Assembly: GCA_030141605.1 (NCBI GenBank) | Contig: JAQGDQ010000014.1 | Location: 434,001-498,000, forward strand | Direction of reading: 5' to 3' | Length of the DNA stretch: 64,000 nt | Source of the DNA: Tubiluchus corallicola | Lineage: Eukaryota > Animalia > Priapulida | Shown: positions 43,671 to 57,496 of the stretch, piece after piece | Layout: each line of letters opens with the position of its first letter | Numbering within the stretch: the stretch's first letter is position 1 | Program-made: the position numbers and the translations under genes | The notes under the pieces: generated by a model | Told to the model about the DNA's origin: nothing | The model's input: the letters and a program-made list of their open reading frames with translations, nothing else | The model's database searches: none

Positions 43671-44149
43671 GATTCAATAATTTTGTCTAGTAAGTGGGTT
43701 CTTTGTTTGGCAGTCGGCGCTCCTTGAGCAACTTATTGTCTCGAAGCGCCATCTATAGCCTGTCCAAGAGCTACATGTTGATAAAGTGTATGAAGCGTTT
43801 GAATATTATTATTGCTATTATTATGTAAATAGTGTCGATTGTTGTTATGTCTTCAGGATAAATTCTATTAAAGACATCCGCATGATGCGGCTATAAACGT
43901 ATGCACAGCATCTGTTCTGTTGTTTTTAAACTCTTCCGCATAACTTGCACAACTTAAATAAAAATAACAACTTCTATTATCATATAAAGTATAAGTGAAA
44001 TGAATAGAATAAAAATATCAACCATGAAACGTGCTGACTAGTGCTCCCAAGTCCCAGCAAATGCAGCGAAAGTTACAGTAGCGACAGCTTTAAGTTATGA
44101 GCGAAAGCAGGAGTATATGTAGAATTAATGAAATGGCAAAGAAATTGCA

Positions 44150-44310
44150 GAAGCAGCGCAACAACAGCAACAGCAATGACAACAACAAAAATAGCAGCAG
44201 CAACAACAGCAACAGCTGCAGCAGAAACAACAACAACAACAACAGCAATAACTGCACCAGCGACAAGGACTGCAACATCAACAGCAAGAATAACAACAAC
44301 AACAGCAACC
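44150..44310. repeat. Degenerate (CAA/CAG)n
   Basis: Directly visible. Confidence 0.85.
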
Positions 44311-45709
44311 ATAAAAACAGCACAAACGTGAAGACCATAGCATTAACGGCAATACCAAAAGGAAAATTTGTTAATATAGGCAAACTTTGATTCATGTAAT
44401 TAGTTTATTATTATTATTATAGACATATTTTATTAGGCATATCATACACTGAACGTTATAACTGTACGTATCGGACTTCCGTTCGTTCAACGCTTAAACA
44501 CAAACAAATTAATCTAAGCGAATAATTTAAAAGAATTATAGACTCATTATTATTAATGAAAGCACACACTACGTAGTCAGCTTACGAAAATGTCGACACA
44601 GAATGGCCAGAGTTTTAATCTGCTCTCGATAATGGTACATATAGACGCACACCTAAGAGTTCCATAGTAGTCACTAGCCAAAATTAGATTTTATCAAGTT
44701 AATTATAATTTTATTACAATTTAATTTTAATTTAATCGTTAGTCTAATCCAGCCATTACTAAACTCTACGGAACTATTTGAAGTACCGCCCGCCACTTAG
44801 CACATCTAAATTAATTACCTGCACTAATACTGAATTATATAATATTTGTACCTGTTTTCTAGAATTAAGGTTAAACTGTACAGGTTTTACTCTTAATGAA
44901 TTTGCAAATAAAGGTTGGCGGACCCAAAATTATTACACAAAAGCTGTGCAAAATATGCCCAAAACAGTGAAATAAGATAATAGAAATTCCATACTGTAAG
45001 ACTGAGTAGTTTCAGCCAAAGATTTAAAACACGATAGTTTTAAATCATAAATTTTAAACGTAATCATTGTACAAACACCAGTTTTTGTAGCTTCATATTC
45101 TTAATCGGTAGTCCCAAGTTCTGACACATGTCCATTCTATATTCGTATTTCCGCACCAATCAAGCCTCTTGCATAAAGGTAGCTAAAAATAATTACCGTG
45201 CCAAAAGTCAGAAAAAACGAGTTAAACAAGCCTGATAATCGTCACAAACAAAATTTTGTTTTATAATCGTGTTCAGAGAAAAGTTTAGGCCTATACCGCG
45301 TTTTGTAAACATCAAACAAGTGCAAAAATTTTCTGTGAGAGCTCTTTATGTGTGTTATATGCTACCTTACAAGCCTGCTTGTCCGTTTCTGAGTACACAT
45401 AGGTCAGTCCTATTATATGCATATTTATGGGTGTTTTCTATGACAAAAGTCTCGAATTTTGAGTAATTTTTTCAAAGTGTTAATTTCGTAAATTTTCTTA
45501 GTAATTGAGGTTTCTAAAGGTAGCGACATTAGTACGCTATTCGCTATAATTTAAATTGTTCATGCAGGTAAAAATCATAGATGTAGTCCTTTAAATGTTA
45601 AGCGATACCTAATCATACTTTTGTTGTTGACAACTATAATTATCTGTGCGATTGTATAAACTTTTTTATCCTTCACAATTGCATTCGTCAAACGATTATT
45701 CTTCAGAAG

Positions 45710-45922
45710 TACTAGCACCACCGTCAGAACTACTACCACCACCACTAGCACCACGACGACGACCACCACCACCATCACCACCAACACCAACACCACCACC
45801 GTCAACACCACCAACACCACCTCCAACACCTCCACCATCACCATCAGCACTACTATCATTACCAGCAGCGCCACTACCACTACCACCAACACCACTAGCA
45901 CCAGCACCACTGTCACCACCAT
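45710..45922. repeat. Degenerate (CAC)n
   Basis: Directly visible. Confidence 0.85.
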
Positions 45923-46179
45923 CGCCTCAAACTCACTTATCGGCTTCCAACTACCAACACATGGCAACACCAACTCATTTTTCCACTCATACACATGGTA
46001 ACTTCGCGCATAACGAATAATTCGGACTTTTTTTTGACTTGAACTCTGACTTAGATACCATCGCAAGAATATTGCTAAAAGTGAAAAAATGAAATGTTTA
46101 TAAATATGTAAATGAACTTTAAACTGGTTTTAACAGATCTTAAGGCTGTGCAAAAAATCAGAATCAAGTGGACACCCTC

Positions 46180-46218
46180 ATGCAATTGTGTAGATGCGCA
46201 TTTTTGTTCTGGACGCTG
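46180..46218 (+). CDS. ZP-domain (cuticlin/dusky-like) protein, coding exon 1 (signal peptide start)
   Basis: ATG...MQLCRCAFLFWTL followed by perfect donor |gtaagt (phase 0); joined to 49441 it gives a continuous signal peptide MQLCRCAFLFWTLVTAVRHVAS. Model: join(46180-46218,49441-49558,50410-50609,51241-51401,52554-52705,53722-53800,54458-54620,55873-57496,61960-62147) = 2724 nt, 907 aa + stop. Confidence 0.65.
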
Positions 46219-46767
46219 GTAAGTACAAACAGATGCCCAGGAATACCAGTAATTGACATTTCATGTTTGGATTGATTTCCAAAACATGCAAGGTCAGTTA
46301 TTATGGGCTCAATTATTGATTATGTTCTAATTTAAAAGTGGGCCGTTAAGTCGTCTCAAATTAAGTCATTCTATTAAACAACTTAGAAGTATCCATACTC
46401 ATATAATCCATGATTCCAGTTCTATTTATTATTATTTTAAATATTTCGTTTCTTTACATGTATGACAACTCCATAAAAGCAATAATAATATAATTAGAAA
46501 CTACAACTCAGTGATGGTCTTTGCACTGGAACTGCAACTACAAAATGAAGATATATATTAAAAATAGCGTGAATAAAATGTTGAAGGGAGTTATTCAAAG
46601 CAAAGACTAATAAGTTCATTTTCCAATTGAAAAAACATAAGGACGTGTCTTACTGACATAGACTTACATAGGGAGGTCTTAAGAAAGTAGTCTAAACATA
46701 GTTCCATGAGTTTATTACTAATCATTTAGAGAGTAGTTTAGAAAAATCAATGTGTGGGGATGATGTA

Positions 46768-47093
46768 CGAGGAGAAAAGGACAAGAGAGGTGAAAATGGA
46801 GGCAGGGGACAATAGAGAGGAAAGAAAACAGGGCAAAAGAGAGAAGAGATTAGGTCAGAGGAGAGGGAGAGGACAGAAGAGGAGAAAAGAGTGGAGTAGA
46901 GGCGAGGTGAGGAGAGAGGAAAAGAGGAGAGGAGAGGATTTAATAACAAAGAGGACAGTAGAGGAGCGAAGAGGAGAGGGTAAGAGAGAGAAATCGAGAG
47001 AAGACGCTACAAATACGTGGAGAGGAGAGGAGAGGAGAGCAGAAAAGACGAGAGGGATGGAGAAGAGAGAAGAGGAGGGAGGAGGAGGGAAAG
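46768..47093. repeat. Purine-rich (GAGAG/GA) low-complexity tract in ZP intron 1
   Basis: Strong strand asymmetry, degenerate gagag units. Confidence 0.85.
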
Positions 47094-49440
47094 ACAGCAC
47101 AAATGCGTTATGCATTAAAGCGCCAGAGACAATTGTCCATAAGTTGGGTTAATTTTTGCAAACCGCTTGATAATATGATTGTTAACACACCGCAGACAGT
47201 TGACTAGACATTTGCACTAAATAACAATGAATACAATTGCATACGGTCTCTCCAAAGCCGTTCAATTAAATCAGTTCAGAATTTGAATTTTTGCGAATCA
47301 CGTGATGTGAACACAATAATGGAATACATAATAGCATAATTATCATAGGCACATAACCGGTACAGCCATACTAGTTATTTATTGTGGAATAAATCCACAA
47401 GTGTTTGATTTCTGAAACCAAGCTTGGCTAACATTGTACCAATATACTGGCAAACCACAAATTAAACTTTTAACATTTAATTGCACGAAAAACCAACTTT
47501 TTTTTATTAGAAACAGACTTCATCTGGTTATTCAGCTTGCAGACATTTTTAGAAAAATTTAAATACAAAAACAGAACACACAGCATTTTCAACACAGGAT
47601 ATGCACCTAGCAACAACAAGAATCTATAACAAGTTATACCAGTCAATTATAAATCACCATAATTAATATTATTACAGTAAATTTTTAATTATGATTAATT
47701 AACGCAGGCTAATATAATCACATAAATTAGAGCCAGTTATTATTAAGAGAAGGCCTTATCTTAATTATGTGAAGGGCCTTCTCTTATTCTCAAGTCTTCC
47801 AATTAGAACTGTTACTAATACTTTACTGTAATGTCTTTTATGTTACAAACAGGTACAAATTGAATATTACGTCTCTTATATGTTTGTTTACTGTACTTGT
47901 CTTAACAACTGCATAACATTACTGATTTTTTATGAGCACCTTGAGCACCTAATGCATTCTAGCTTAATTTACCATGTATGGCTAATTATATAAAAATATG
48001 TTGTTTTCATGAATTTGTTGTCGTGGTTACTGTTTATCTTACCAGCGGGCATTGCCAATAAGGTTGGATTTAAAAAATTGCTTGGGAAACGTGTATTTTC
48101 ACCATTATACGAGAAAAAATCCTAACATGCAGGAACGGTAGCAGTTTCTCCAATGGATGTGGTAGAGCAGATTAACATATAGGCTGATTTAAGCAAAAAT
48201 GACTACATTTTTAGTATCTAAAGTAATTTTTGGGTCATTTCTTTAAGTGGCATCGAGCAGTTTAGGCGTATTGTCCGGTAACAGTTATTTATTCTGAAAA
48301 CTGTGTTGGCATGTTGAATTGAAGCTGAGGCATGAGTTGGATATCGAGGAAAAATATTCTAAATCTGTGGATCGTTAACTTGCCGGCCTACCAGTCGCCC
48401 CAAGAATTGGAACTAAAACAAAAAAACTACAAGTAAGGGTTTGAAATGATTCACGGATTCTGACCCGACTGACCCGGATTCTTGGATGGGACTGATCAAA
48501 TCAAAGAGACTCAGTTTAAAAAAAATTGGCGTACAAACGTATGACATACTTGCAAAGAAAAATATTTATTTTTCTATTAAACGGTATGTGGGTTTGCACC
48601 CTTGTTCAGTTGTTTTTTTATTTGATTGATTCTTGTCCGCTGGATGTCTGGTCGTTTGTGAAACCGATAATTGAAATACAGTGCCAATGTACATCAACGA
48701 CTGTATACAAAATAAAATATTATATACAAAAACTAGCAAATTTGAGTTTAAAAATTTAAATTTCACGTTAGCAGTTGTTTCATTATGTGATTTCGCCACA
48801 AATGTGTAGACCCAATACGTCAGAAATAAACTGGAAGACTAATGCGCAACGCGTATCCGAGCACTGGCGCCATCTAACTAGCGAATGACGAAATACATGT
48901 AACACCGGGCGAACGTGAAAATAAAATTCTTTCATAAAGTCACTCTTAATAAAACAACTAGGTTTTCTTTCAGTGTTTTATACATTAGGTTGCTTTGATC
49001 CATAGTTTAAAATTTGGTCTTAATCCCTTTTATCTAACTGTCTATGCATATAGGCATACGTAGGCTAATAATTAGTGAAACGATATGTATGATACTGAAT
49101 TTCTGATTAATACGTGAAAATCAGCGGTTATTTTTAAAACTTTATAAACGATTTGCAACCTTGTTTAATAACCTTGAGCAAAATGACCCAGCCGCCCCGA
49201 AGAAAGTGACCAAGCTGATCTGGTTGACACGTGTTGATGGACCCAGTTCCAGCTCTGTTACAAACTGAAATAATAAGAACCCATTACAAGTATAGTAAAA
49301 CCATCAGTGTTCTGGCTTAGAATACGTCTAGGGAAGCTCTCACTGGGTAAGCGGCCATAATAAACTGACTCGGGACAGGTTTATACAAGCTGCTATATAT
49401 ACTTAATTTTTCTTTTGTGTCATTATTTTTCATTATCCAG

Positions 49441-49558
49441 GTGACTGCGGTTCGTCATGTTGCAAGCTATTCAAATAAGATCGGTACTTACGAAGATTAC
49501 GCATCACAAGCATCGCAGCCGGAAACGGCAGCGGACAGGAAACCGGAACACATAAAAG
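49441..49558 (+). CDS. ZP-domain protein, coding exon 2
   Basis: Acceptor ttttcattatccag, donor AAG|gtcaga; phase 0 to 1. VTAVRHVASYSNKIGTYEDYASQASQPETAADRKPEHIK joins the next exon as PEHIKAVQVLC, the typical lead-in to ZP-N Cys1. Confidence 0.72.
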
Positions 49559-50409
49559 GTCAGACATGGACAAAATTTGAAGCACTACGTCAAACCGACA
49601 CTGAATAAATAATTGTAGGGAACAGACTCTTAATTCCCGTTAGTTTTACGCTGCCAGAAGCACGTAGAAACATCTATTTACATAATAATTCCTCTGATGA
49701 GAACTGCTGCTTTTGGATACGCGTATATTTCTGCGAAATTTTGTTAAAAACACTGAAAACTTCATTTATCAATTACGGGTCAATCCATATCTAAGCAACT
49801 AAGGTTATTTTGCTTACTAACTTTTAAACAATTTTTACCAGAATTGCGGTGTCTTCAAGATATCCTACGACAATTTGTATCAGGCAATTTGAGTAAAAAT
49901 AATAATATACTACTAGCCGAACCCCACAAAAAGAATTTTGCACATAAACTCACAATTCACAACAACAACCCACACCACACCCCACAACCACCAACCGCCC
50001 CGCTCACACCATACCACCCACACCATACCACACTTAGCATTAGAGCACACTTAAATCACCATACTTGTTTATAGACCTGTCGACATAATAGCGTACATTC
50101 TGTTCTGGACTTTGCATAATGAATATGTAATTGTAGGTTTCACAGTTAATGATATTAATGAAATGTTGTTTGGAGGTTTTTCATCTCCCGTCCCTCTCGG
50201 TGGGCCCGATTCGAAAAATAAACCCCCAATGGCAAATCTGTGGGTCCAATGTAAATATTAATACATACTGGAGAAAATGATGAATGTAGCGTTTATCCAA
50301 ACAAGTAAACAAAAAAATTGATATTGTGAAGCTGTATTATGGTAAACCGATATATATATTTCTCAAGTATAAAAGCCAATTGCTTTTTTAACGATAAATG
50401 CTTTTTCAG

Positions 50410-50609
50410 CTGTTCAGGTACTTTGCAGTCATACTCCAACAAAAGAGAAGACAATGGTAGTCTCTGTTACCTTTAACCAACCTTTTAGAGGGAAGCTCTA
50501 CTCCAAAGGTTACTTTTACGTCGACAAATGCGGCAGCTTAGGAGACGGTGGCAATAAAGTTGTCCTAGAGTTTCCGGTAGACGGATGTGGCACCCAGGAA
50601 GTTGACAAG
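50410..50609 (+). CDS. ZP-domain protein, exon 3 (ZP-N)
   Basis: ttttcag / AAG|gtaagc; VQVLCSHTPTKEKTMVVSVTFNQPFRGKLYSKGYFYVDKC...DGCGT is the cuticlin-type ZP-N motif (FxGxxYxKG...C...CG). Confidence 0.9.
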
Positions 50610-50980
50610 GTAAGCAGGAAATTCTCTTCATAACACGAAACAAAAGTACGCCTCGTAACATATAATGCTTATCGATCTTTCATAACAGAATTTTTTAGCA
50701 GTTATACATTTGACAGTTAAACAACAATAATACAATTGACCTCTCGTTAAGGAAATATTATTAATATAATATTAACGCTCATTGTGGGCAGAGCTAACTT
50801 CTTTAAGAGAACTCTTCTTTGCAAATCTGGATCATTTGTATGTGGGCTTGCAGATCTGGAATAATTTGGGAAATGAAATAGTTAATTAATGCATCCAACT
50901 TATTTAGTGTCAGATTAATAACAAAGCATTACAGATACTTAAACGTATTTTATCTTGTATTTATGTCTTTTATCTTTATC

Positions 50981-51086
<106 letters not shown>

Positions 51087-51240
51087 TAGTGTAAATAAAT
51101 AAAGATAAGTAAGATTACAGAAGCAAGTTCTCTAGGAATATTTCTGTCGCGATGTGCGAATCCTTTTCTATTATATCAAACACACAAATGAAAGCCGCGG
51201 CTGTATAATAAAATTTGAAAACAGTTTGTGTGTGTTTTAG

Positions 51241-51401
51241 GAAAACTTGTACAAAAATGGCGCCGTAACATTCGAAAATACGGTAGTTGTCTTGACAGAT
51301 CTACAACTGGGTGTTTTAGATGCTTCTGATCGAGCATTGAAAATCGTTTGCGAGTTTGAAAAAAGCAGCAAAAGAGCCTTAGACACCGGAATAAAAATAC
51401 C
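51241..51401 (+). CDS. ZP-domain protein, exon 4 (ZP-N end)
   Basis: tgttttag / CC|gtaagt; ENLYKNGAVTFENTVVVLTDLQLGVLDASDRALKIVCEFEKSSK matches ZP-N 'NTVVV...DRAxxxxCxF'. Confidence 0.9.
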
Positions 51402-52294
51402 GTAAGTATGTGGCGGAAGTTGTGAGTCAGCCTTTTATTACTGCTCCCAGAAGAATTGCCTTCTATTATTTCATGTTACTCACATGATTGTTTTCTATTT
51501 TGGTCTTTTGTGATATTTCAAAGTAGTGAATTATACTGCAATCATAAACAGCGGCAGGGTTAACTATGCCCAACTAAAGAGGGCCCTGTATACGCATGAG
51601 CTTCTTTCCTCGGAATATAAGCTGCTTTCTGCTAATTTCTGTTAATAGCTTGTCCCTTTTAAATTTTCATATTTTAAGTAAACACGAAAAAATTTCTATA
51701 CAACTTTTCCTCAAATTAAACGTTTTCGTTATTTTTCTTTTATTGATAAATCGAATTTTCTTTCAGAAGTGGTTTTTAAGGCTGGCAATCTCAATTTAGT
51801 TAGTTGCTAGTATTTGGTCACTCGCTTGTTGAGCTTCTTCTGCCCAACTTCCTGGTTAATCCTGCCTGAATTACATCGTTGAGAACAGCATTTAGCGTTG
51901 TCATGGATCCACTTCGTGAATATGTCATTTAGAGCCCATTTAGCGTTGCCATACAATCTGTTTTATCGTAAAAATAACAAGTATGAAGTTACGCTATTGT
52001 GAGGTAACAATATAAACTGGCTAAAAAATTATTACATGAATAACAAGAACGAGACCAGCAACACGGTTGAACGGATCTATTGATAAAGTTACCCAAAAAT
52101 TGTACGTGATGCACCTAACAAATAAATTTTAGTATCCCTGAGTATCATGATTTAGCAACGTTTCGGCTTTTTTGTAGTAAATACTATGCACGTGAGTAAA
52201 TTTTCGTGTGATTACAAATTAAAATGTGGGTTCACAACTTATAGGACATAATAGCCTAATTTTCATGTGCAGTTATCTGTTAAATTATTATTAT

Positions 52295-52295
<1 letters not shown>

Positions 52296-52334
<39 letters not shown>

Positions 52335-52432
52335 TTCATCAACATCATCATCGTCGTCATCATCACCATCATCGTCATCATCATCAACATCGTCATCATC
52401 ATCATCATTAGCATCAGCATCATCATCATCAT
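52296..52432. repeat. (CAT)n microsatellite
   Basis: Directly visible, partly degenerate. Confidence 0.92.
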
Positions 52433-52553
52433 TATTAAAATAAGCATAAATTATTGAGTTTGGCTAGTCTCTCGGCAAGTTATAACCTTATTATTATGAG
52501 CCTATGTTATTATAACTTTCGTAACTAATGCCGTGTACTAATTTACATTACAG

Positions 52554-52705
52554 TAGTGTAGGCACAACGTCCGTACCAGCTTACACAGTACCGGTTCCTG
52601 AGGTGTCACTGAAAATAGTGAAGACAGAGTCTGCCAATGGTTATGCCTCACCTACCCTTGTCGTAGGAGAATACGCTACTCTAGTAATCACATTGGAAGA
52701 TAATC
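52554..52705 (+). CDS. ZP-domain protein, exon 5 (linker/ZP-C start)
   Basis: tacag / C|gtaagt, phase 2 to 1; SVGTTSVPAYTVPVPEVSLKIVKTESANGYASPTLVVGEYATLVITLEDN matches ZP-C start 'PxxxxxI...VGExxTL'. Confidence 0.88.
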
Positions 52706-53721
52706 GTAAGTAATAAATTCATTTGAGAAAACTATTATTCTACTGGATTGCATTCTAGACTCAGCCACTTTGACATTAACGTGCAAGCGTGCAAGGCTCA
52801 TTTAGTGCGTGGGAAGCAACAAGAAACCATTTTATTTTGTTTTTAACTCTTTTGACACGTACCTGCCGAAGATTTATCATGTTTACCTGTCACAGTTTCT
52901 AAGAAACGCTTAGCTGTCAGCATGAGATTCAGGGAGCAGGTGTGTAAACGATAAGCACTTACTTGCAGTTTTCGGTTTTGTTTTGTTTAGTGAATAAAGT
53001 GTAGGCCTAATCATCTACTTAGTTAGCTGAGAGTTCTGAGCGAAAGTAATGGCCAAGTAGTTAGGTTAGTAAGCATTATTTTAGTAATAAGTCATGTTTA
53101 AAAGATTGCGGGTAAAAGCACAAAGAGCCAAGGCTACTTATATATGCCTGTTAAAAGATGATTATTAAGATTTACATCTTTTAAACATTTTTTAAAATTT
53201 ACTACCTTGAGTACAGACCAAGGGAATCATCGTTGACAAACTCAGAGAGTTAATTATTCTGTTTGAGAAAAGGTTTTTAAACAATCAAGTCAGCATTGAG
53301 CGGGCTGTAACTTCAAGCGGTGACCCCTGGTTACATACGGACTTGTTAGTTAAGTACTTAAGCAATTCAAAAGAATAAGTTACCATTAATACCTAGTTAG
53401 TAGGGGAAAGGTTATATGCAGTAAGCAAGGTTTTGAACATGAATTATTTTTTCTAATTTCTTTGCCCCTTGATTTTTACTTGACTTAGGTCTTTTGATCA
53501 AATTAGTTAGTTTATTTGATTGTTTGGTTTTGTTGTTTGAACAGGAACACGTTTGCAATTCGTAACACTAATTCGTTGCTGCACTCAGACGCACAAGCAA
53601 CTGCTTACAAAGGAAAAGAAGCAGAGGTCTCTGTTGGAATCTCCGTAATAGTTATTGCTTCAATAACTTTGATTTGTTTAAGCTAATTTTCATTTCCTGC
53701 CAAACGTATTGTATTTTTCAG

Positions 53722-53800
53722 AGCATTATGACATCACGGTGGCAAAATGTGTAGCTCATGACGGCGAAGACAATTACGTAACATTGATAGATGAACATGG
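53722..53800 (+). CDS. ZP-domain protein, exon 6 (ZP-C)
   Basis: ttttcag / GG|gtaggt; HYDITVAKCVAHDGEDNYVTLIDEHG, continuing into CP, is the hallmark 'C.AHDG...LIDExGC'. Confidence 0.9.
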
Positions 53801-54457
53801 GTAGGTAATATGAACAAAGACTCTGATGAAGATGATAATGACCATGATGACAACGATAAACTTGGTGGTACTTTTGGTTATACTGACGATAACGCATGCA
53901 ATAATCGACTGTGTTATGAGGATGGGATCTGAACAAAGGCCAAACTTAAGAATTTAACTAGACATAAGGACCAAAATTGAACAAGTCATAAGTCTTGAAT
54001 CATATTACTATTTCATTGCACGCTATGTTAGTACAGAACATTTTAGAGAGTCAAGAATGCCTGTGAGTTGAATCAGAGTTTAGAAGATGATGAGAAGTCG
54101 TGCTGGAGGAGCGATAAGCTAGAGATTGAGGAGAGTGCAGAAGCGAAATGGGGTGATCTGGGTGCCTCTCAAGTGAATGGGATTTTTAACAGTAACTTAA
54201 TGGAGTTGCATCCTCGATTGGTGTGGATCTTCGATATTAGGAAGACTGCAGTCGTTCTGAGAATCTTAAATAAAATGATATTAAGTGTTACTACTTACTT
54301 ACTTACTTACTTTCTTACTTTCTTCCTTCCTTCCTTCCTTACCTACCTATCTACTTAATTTCTTATGAAAAATGTTTGCGTGATTCCAGACTTCTGTAGG
54401 TATATGAAATTAAATAAGTAATAATAATTAATCTTAATTAATTTACTTCTCGTGAAG

Positions 54458-54620
54458 GTGTCCAGTAAATCCGAAGTTGTTAAAAAACATCCAGAAAATC
54501 AGAGACCATCCAGGAGGAAAAACCAGCATATTCGGGCACTTCCATGCTTTCAAATTTCCAGACCGTCCACATGTTTATTTTCAATGTATTGTTTTCATCT
54601 GCTTTAGAGCTTGCTATGAT
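54458..54620 (+). CDS. ZP-domain protein, exon 7 (ZP-C)
   Basis: gaag acceptor / GAT|gtaagt; CPVNPKLL...FHAFKFPDRPHVYFQCIVFICFRACYD is the conserved 'AFKFPD..V.FQC...C...C' signature. Confidence 0.92.
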
Positions 54621-55149
54621 GTAAGTGGTAATTTTTTAGGGTTTTTCATTGCATATAGGTGCGACGTTAAACATACATTATACATTCATTTATCTGAATT
54701 GTTTAAAGGAAAGGACAAATTATTTAACATGTTGGGAATTATTTTACTGTTATCACTTAAACTCGGAAAAAGTACAAAAAATGTTAACAATTTACAAAAC
54801 ACTGTCTGTAAAGCATAGTTAATTTACACTACCTCAATATAGAAATTTTCAGGCGCAGAGGTATGTACATTTTACTTGGAAATTTTGCCTTAACTGGACT
54901 TTTCGTAGCTTGGTTTCTTTAAGCTTGCTTAACGTTCGCGCAAAAATATGGGTGTTCAAAATGGGAACGCCCAAGCGAGGTTTGATCGCGATATTAAAGT
55001 GATTTTAAAGATTTAAAAGTACTTATCACACGTTTATTACTAAATCATTCTAACAGTTTTTGCAAACTTTGAAAAAAGCCTAAGTTCTCAGACGGCTTGG
55101 CCTTTCCTTTAAACATTTTGTTTTTTCTTCTGATCTTATAACACTCATG

Positions 55150-55500
55150 CGTTCATTTGATCATTCATTCACCTATTCGTTCATTCATTCATTTATATAT
55201 TCGTTCATTTATTCATTCTTTCGTTTATTTATTTATTCAGTCATACTTCATTCATTCTTTCATTCAATTTACCCTTTCGATTTTATTGATTCGTTGCTCT
55301 TTTTGCTTTCTGCTTTCTTTTGTCAAACTGACAACAATAATTTGATATTTTTCAAGTGAATTTTATCTCTATATTTATCTTTGTTGTTGTCTTTGTCTTT
55401 ATCTTTACTTTTATCTTTCCTTTACCTTTACCTTTACCCTTACCTTTATCTTTATCGTTATCTTTATTCTCTTTATTATCCTTATCCATTTTTATTTTAA
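55150..55500. repeat. Degenerate (TTCA)n and (TTTATC/TTTACC)n tracts
   Basis: Directly visible. Confidence 0.8.
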
Positions 55501-55872
55501 TCCACATCTTTCTCACGTCTGAGGTAATTAACTCGTAATGAATTTTCTTCCTAGTGGTTCAAAAAAACTAAATTACTTTTTATTATTTCCATTCTGGCGT
55601 GTTTTAATTAGGGATTCTTTTATTACGCTTACTTCCCCTATTATTTATGTTTTTTCCTACTGTAATAATGTGCTTTGGCACTCGTCCAAATTTTCGATGT
55701 TTAATTTCTCGAGCTTCATCAAAATGTATTTAATTGGTTGTGTAGAACAGAGAGTTTTACAACAGAAAATTAGAATAAAGTAGTTTCCTTGCAATTGCGG
55801 AAATAATTGACCTCACCACAGTGTTGTTTTCTGTTGTATATTTGATAATCATAGCACTTTATTAATTTTCAG

Positions 55873-57496
55873 CCAACGTGTTCCTCAGACTTCTATGACA
55901 AAGGCGTAGATGATATGAAGAAAAGAATCGGTGTGAAGGGGTCGTATGAGTTGCCTGATAGCCGCCAAGCTTCCAAGCGCAGCAGAACCAAGACAGCGTC
56001 GTTTTTTGTGAAATATCCCACTATTGACTTGCAACGCTTCCAAAAACTAAGCCGCCCACAAGAAGCCAACATGAACAATTACTTAACAGCAGGTTTTGCT
56101 ACTCAAAGTGGTGCTCATACAGCTAACCCACAAGATTCTACACAGAGCCGCTTGTCACAAGATAGCGGCAAAGTCACAAAAAATCACGTCTCCCAAAAGG
56201 GCGCTCAAGTTTTTGAAGGTTACAACACACATAGTGTCCCCCCTGTTTCTCAAAAATACCACCTACAAGATGGTAGCAAGTCCAAATACGGTCGGTTTCA
56301 GGTTCCACTTGATGATCAAAGTACTAAACAGGACAAATATGCCTATAATTCCGAAACAGCATTGTATGTGGACAACGACGTTCGCCCCTTAAGTGGTACT
56401 GTGCTGGATAAGAGTTCTAGACAGCAAAGTGTTAATTTAACATCATCTCATTTAGACAGTCGAATTAACAGGAAAAACTGTAGTAGCTCAAAAAGTTGCG
56501 ATCAGGGCGAAGCTAATCAGGAGACAAGTGAAAGTAGTTTGGAAAAGCAAGATCATGTTAATTCTAATAATCAGACAAAAAGTAATTCACTAGCTCATCA
56601 AGAATCAAATAAAAATAGTTTGAAAAAGCAACAGCATATAAATTCAAATCACCAGCTAAACGGTAAGGAAACTGGAAGAAAGATTAATAATTCAACAATT
56701 AATATTGGAAAGCATGATGATGATAGCGAAATATCAGCTTTTACTATCAAGTCTTTCATGCTAAATCGGTCAGATGACAGAGCAGAGAATGAAAATCATT
56801 ACTTTGCTATGGACGCTTATAAAGCAAGATACCACCCACAATATGGCACATACGGTACAAACATTGAGACTAATTTCCAGGAAAACTGGCCTTTGTCAGA
56901 AAAAAGGAAAAATCGGGTGGCTCAGGAATCTCAAGAGTATTACGCTTCTACAATATCAATTCCTCATAAAAACGAAACAAGCAGATGGGCAGAACGCAAT
57001 TCCATACTACGTTCTACAATAGCTACTCCACCTGCACGCAAGGATGAAAGTGGCTGGACCGAAAGAACCTCAAAAAACACTAGGCACCAATGGCAGCACA
57101 ACAAACGAACACGCCAACACCAGGAGAGCTATCAGTTTAGACCTAGAGACCAAGGATTGCATCAAATGCACAGAAGTGGCAGAGATAACTCAGTGATGCC
57201 CCAAGAAAGTAAAATATCATCCAGGATTGAGGTTCCAGAAATGGGCTATCCTAATGACAGGGATTTTCGCATGAATCTGGGATTGATGGATCTCGGATTT
57301 AATTTTGATTATCAACCTATTAGTTCCAAACTATCCGAATTGCTAGAAGGAGAGGAAAAGAAAAAGGAGAAAGATGTGCGATTTAGGAGGGAAAATGCAG
57401 ATGAAATTCGGGTGAAAAATCCAAATGCTACCGAAAAAGAAGTGGGCAAAGGAATTACCGTGCTAATTCGTGGAGAGGAGCAGCTATTTGTTGACA
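55873..57496 (+). CDS. ZP-domain protein, exon 8 (last ZP Cys, ~500-aa polar low-complexity spacer, RFRR furin site, external hydrophobic patch-like segment)
   Basis: ttttcag acceptor in phase 0 gives PTCSSDFYDKGVDD in frame with ORF 55915-57519; donor A|gtaagt at 57497; RFRR at 57379-57390 followed by EVGKGITVL. Confidence 0.85.
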
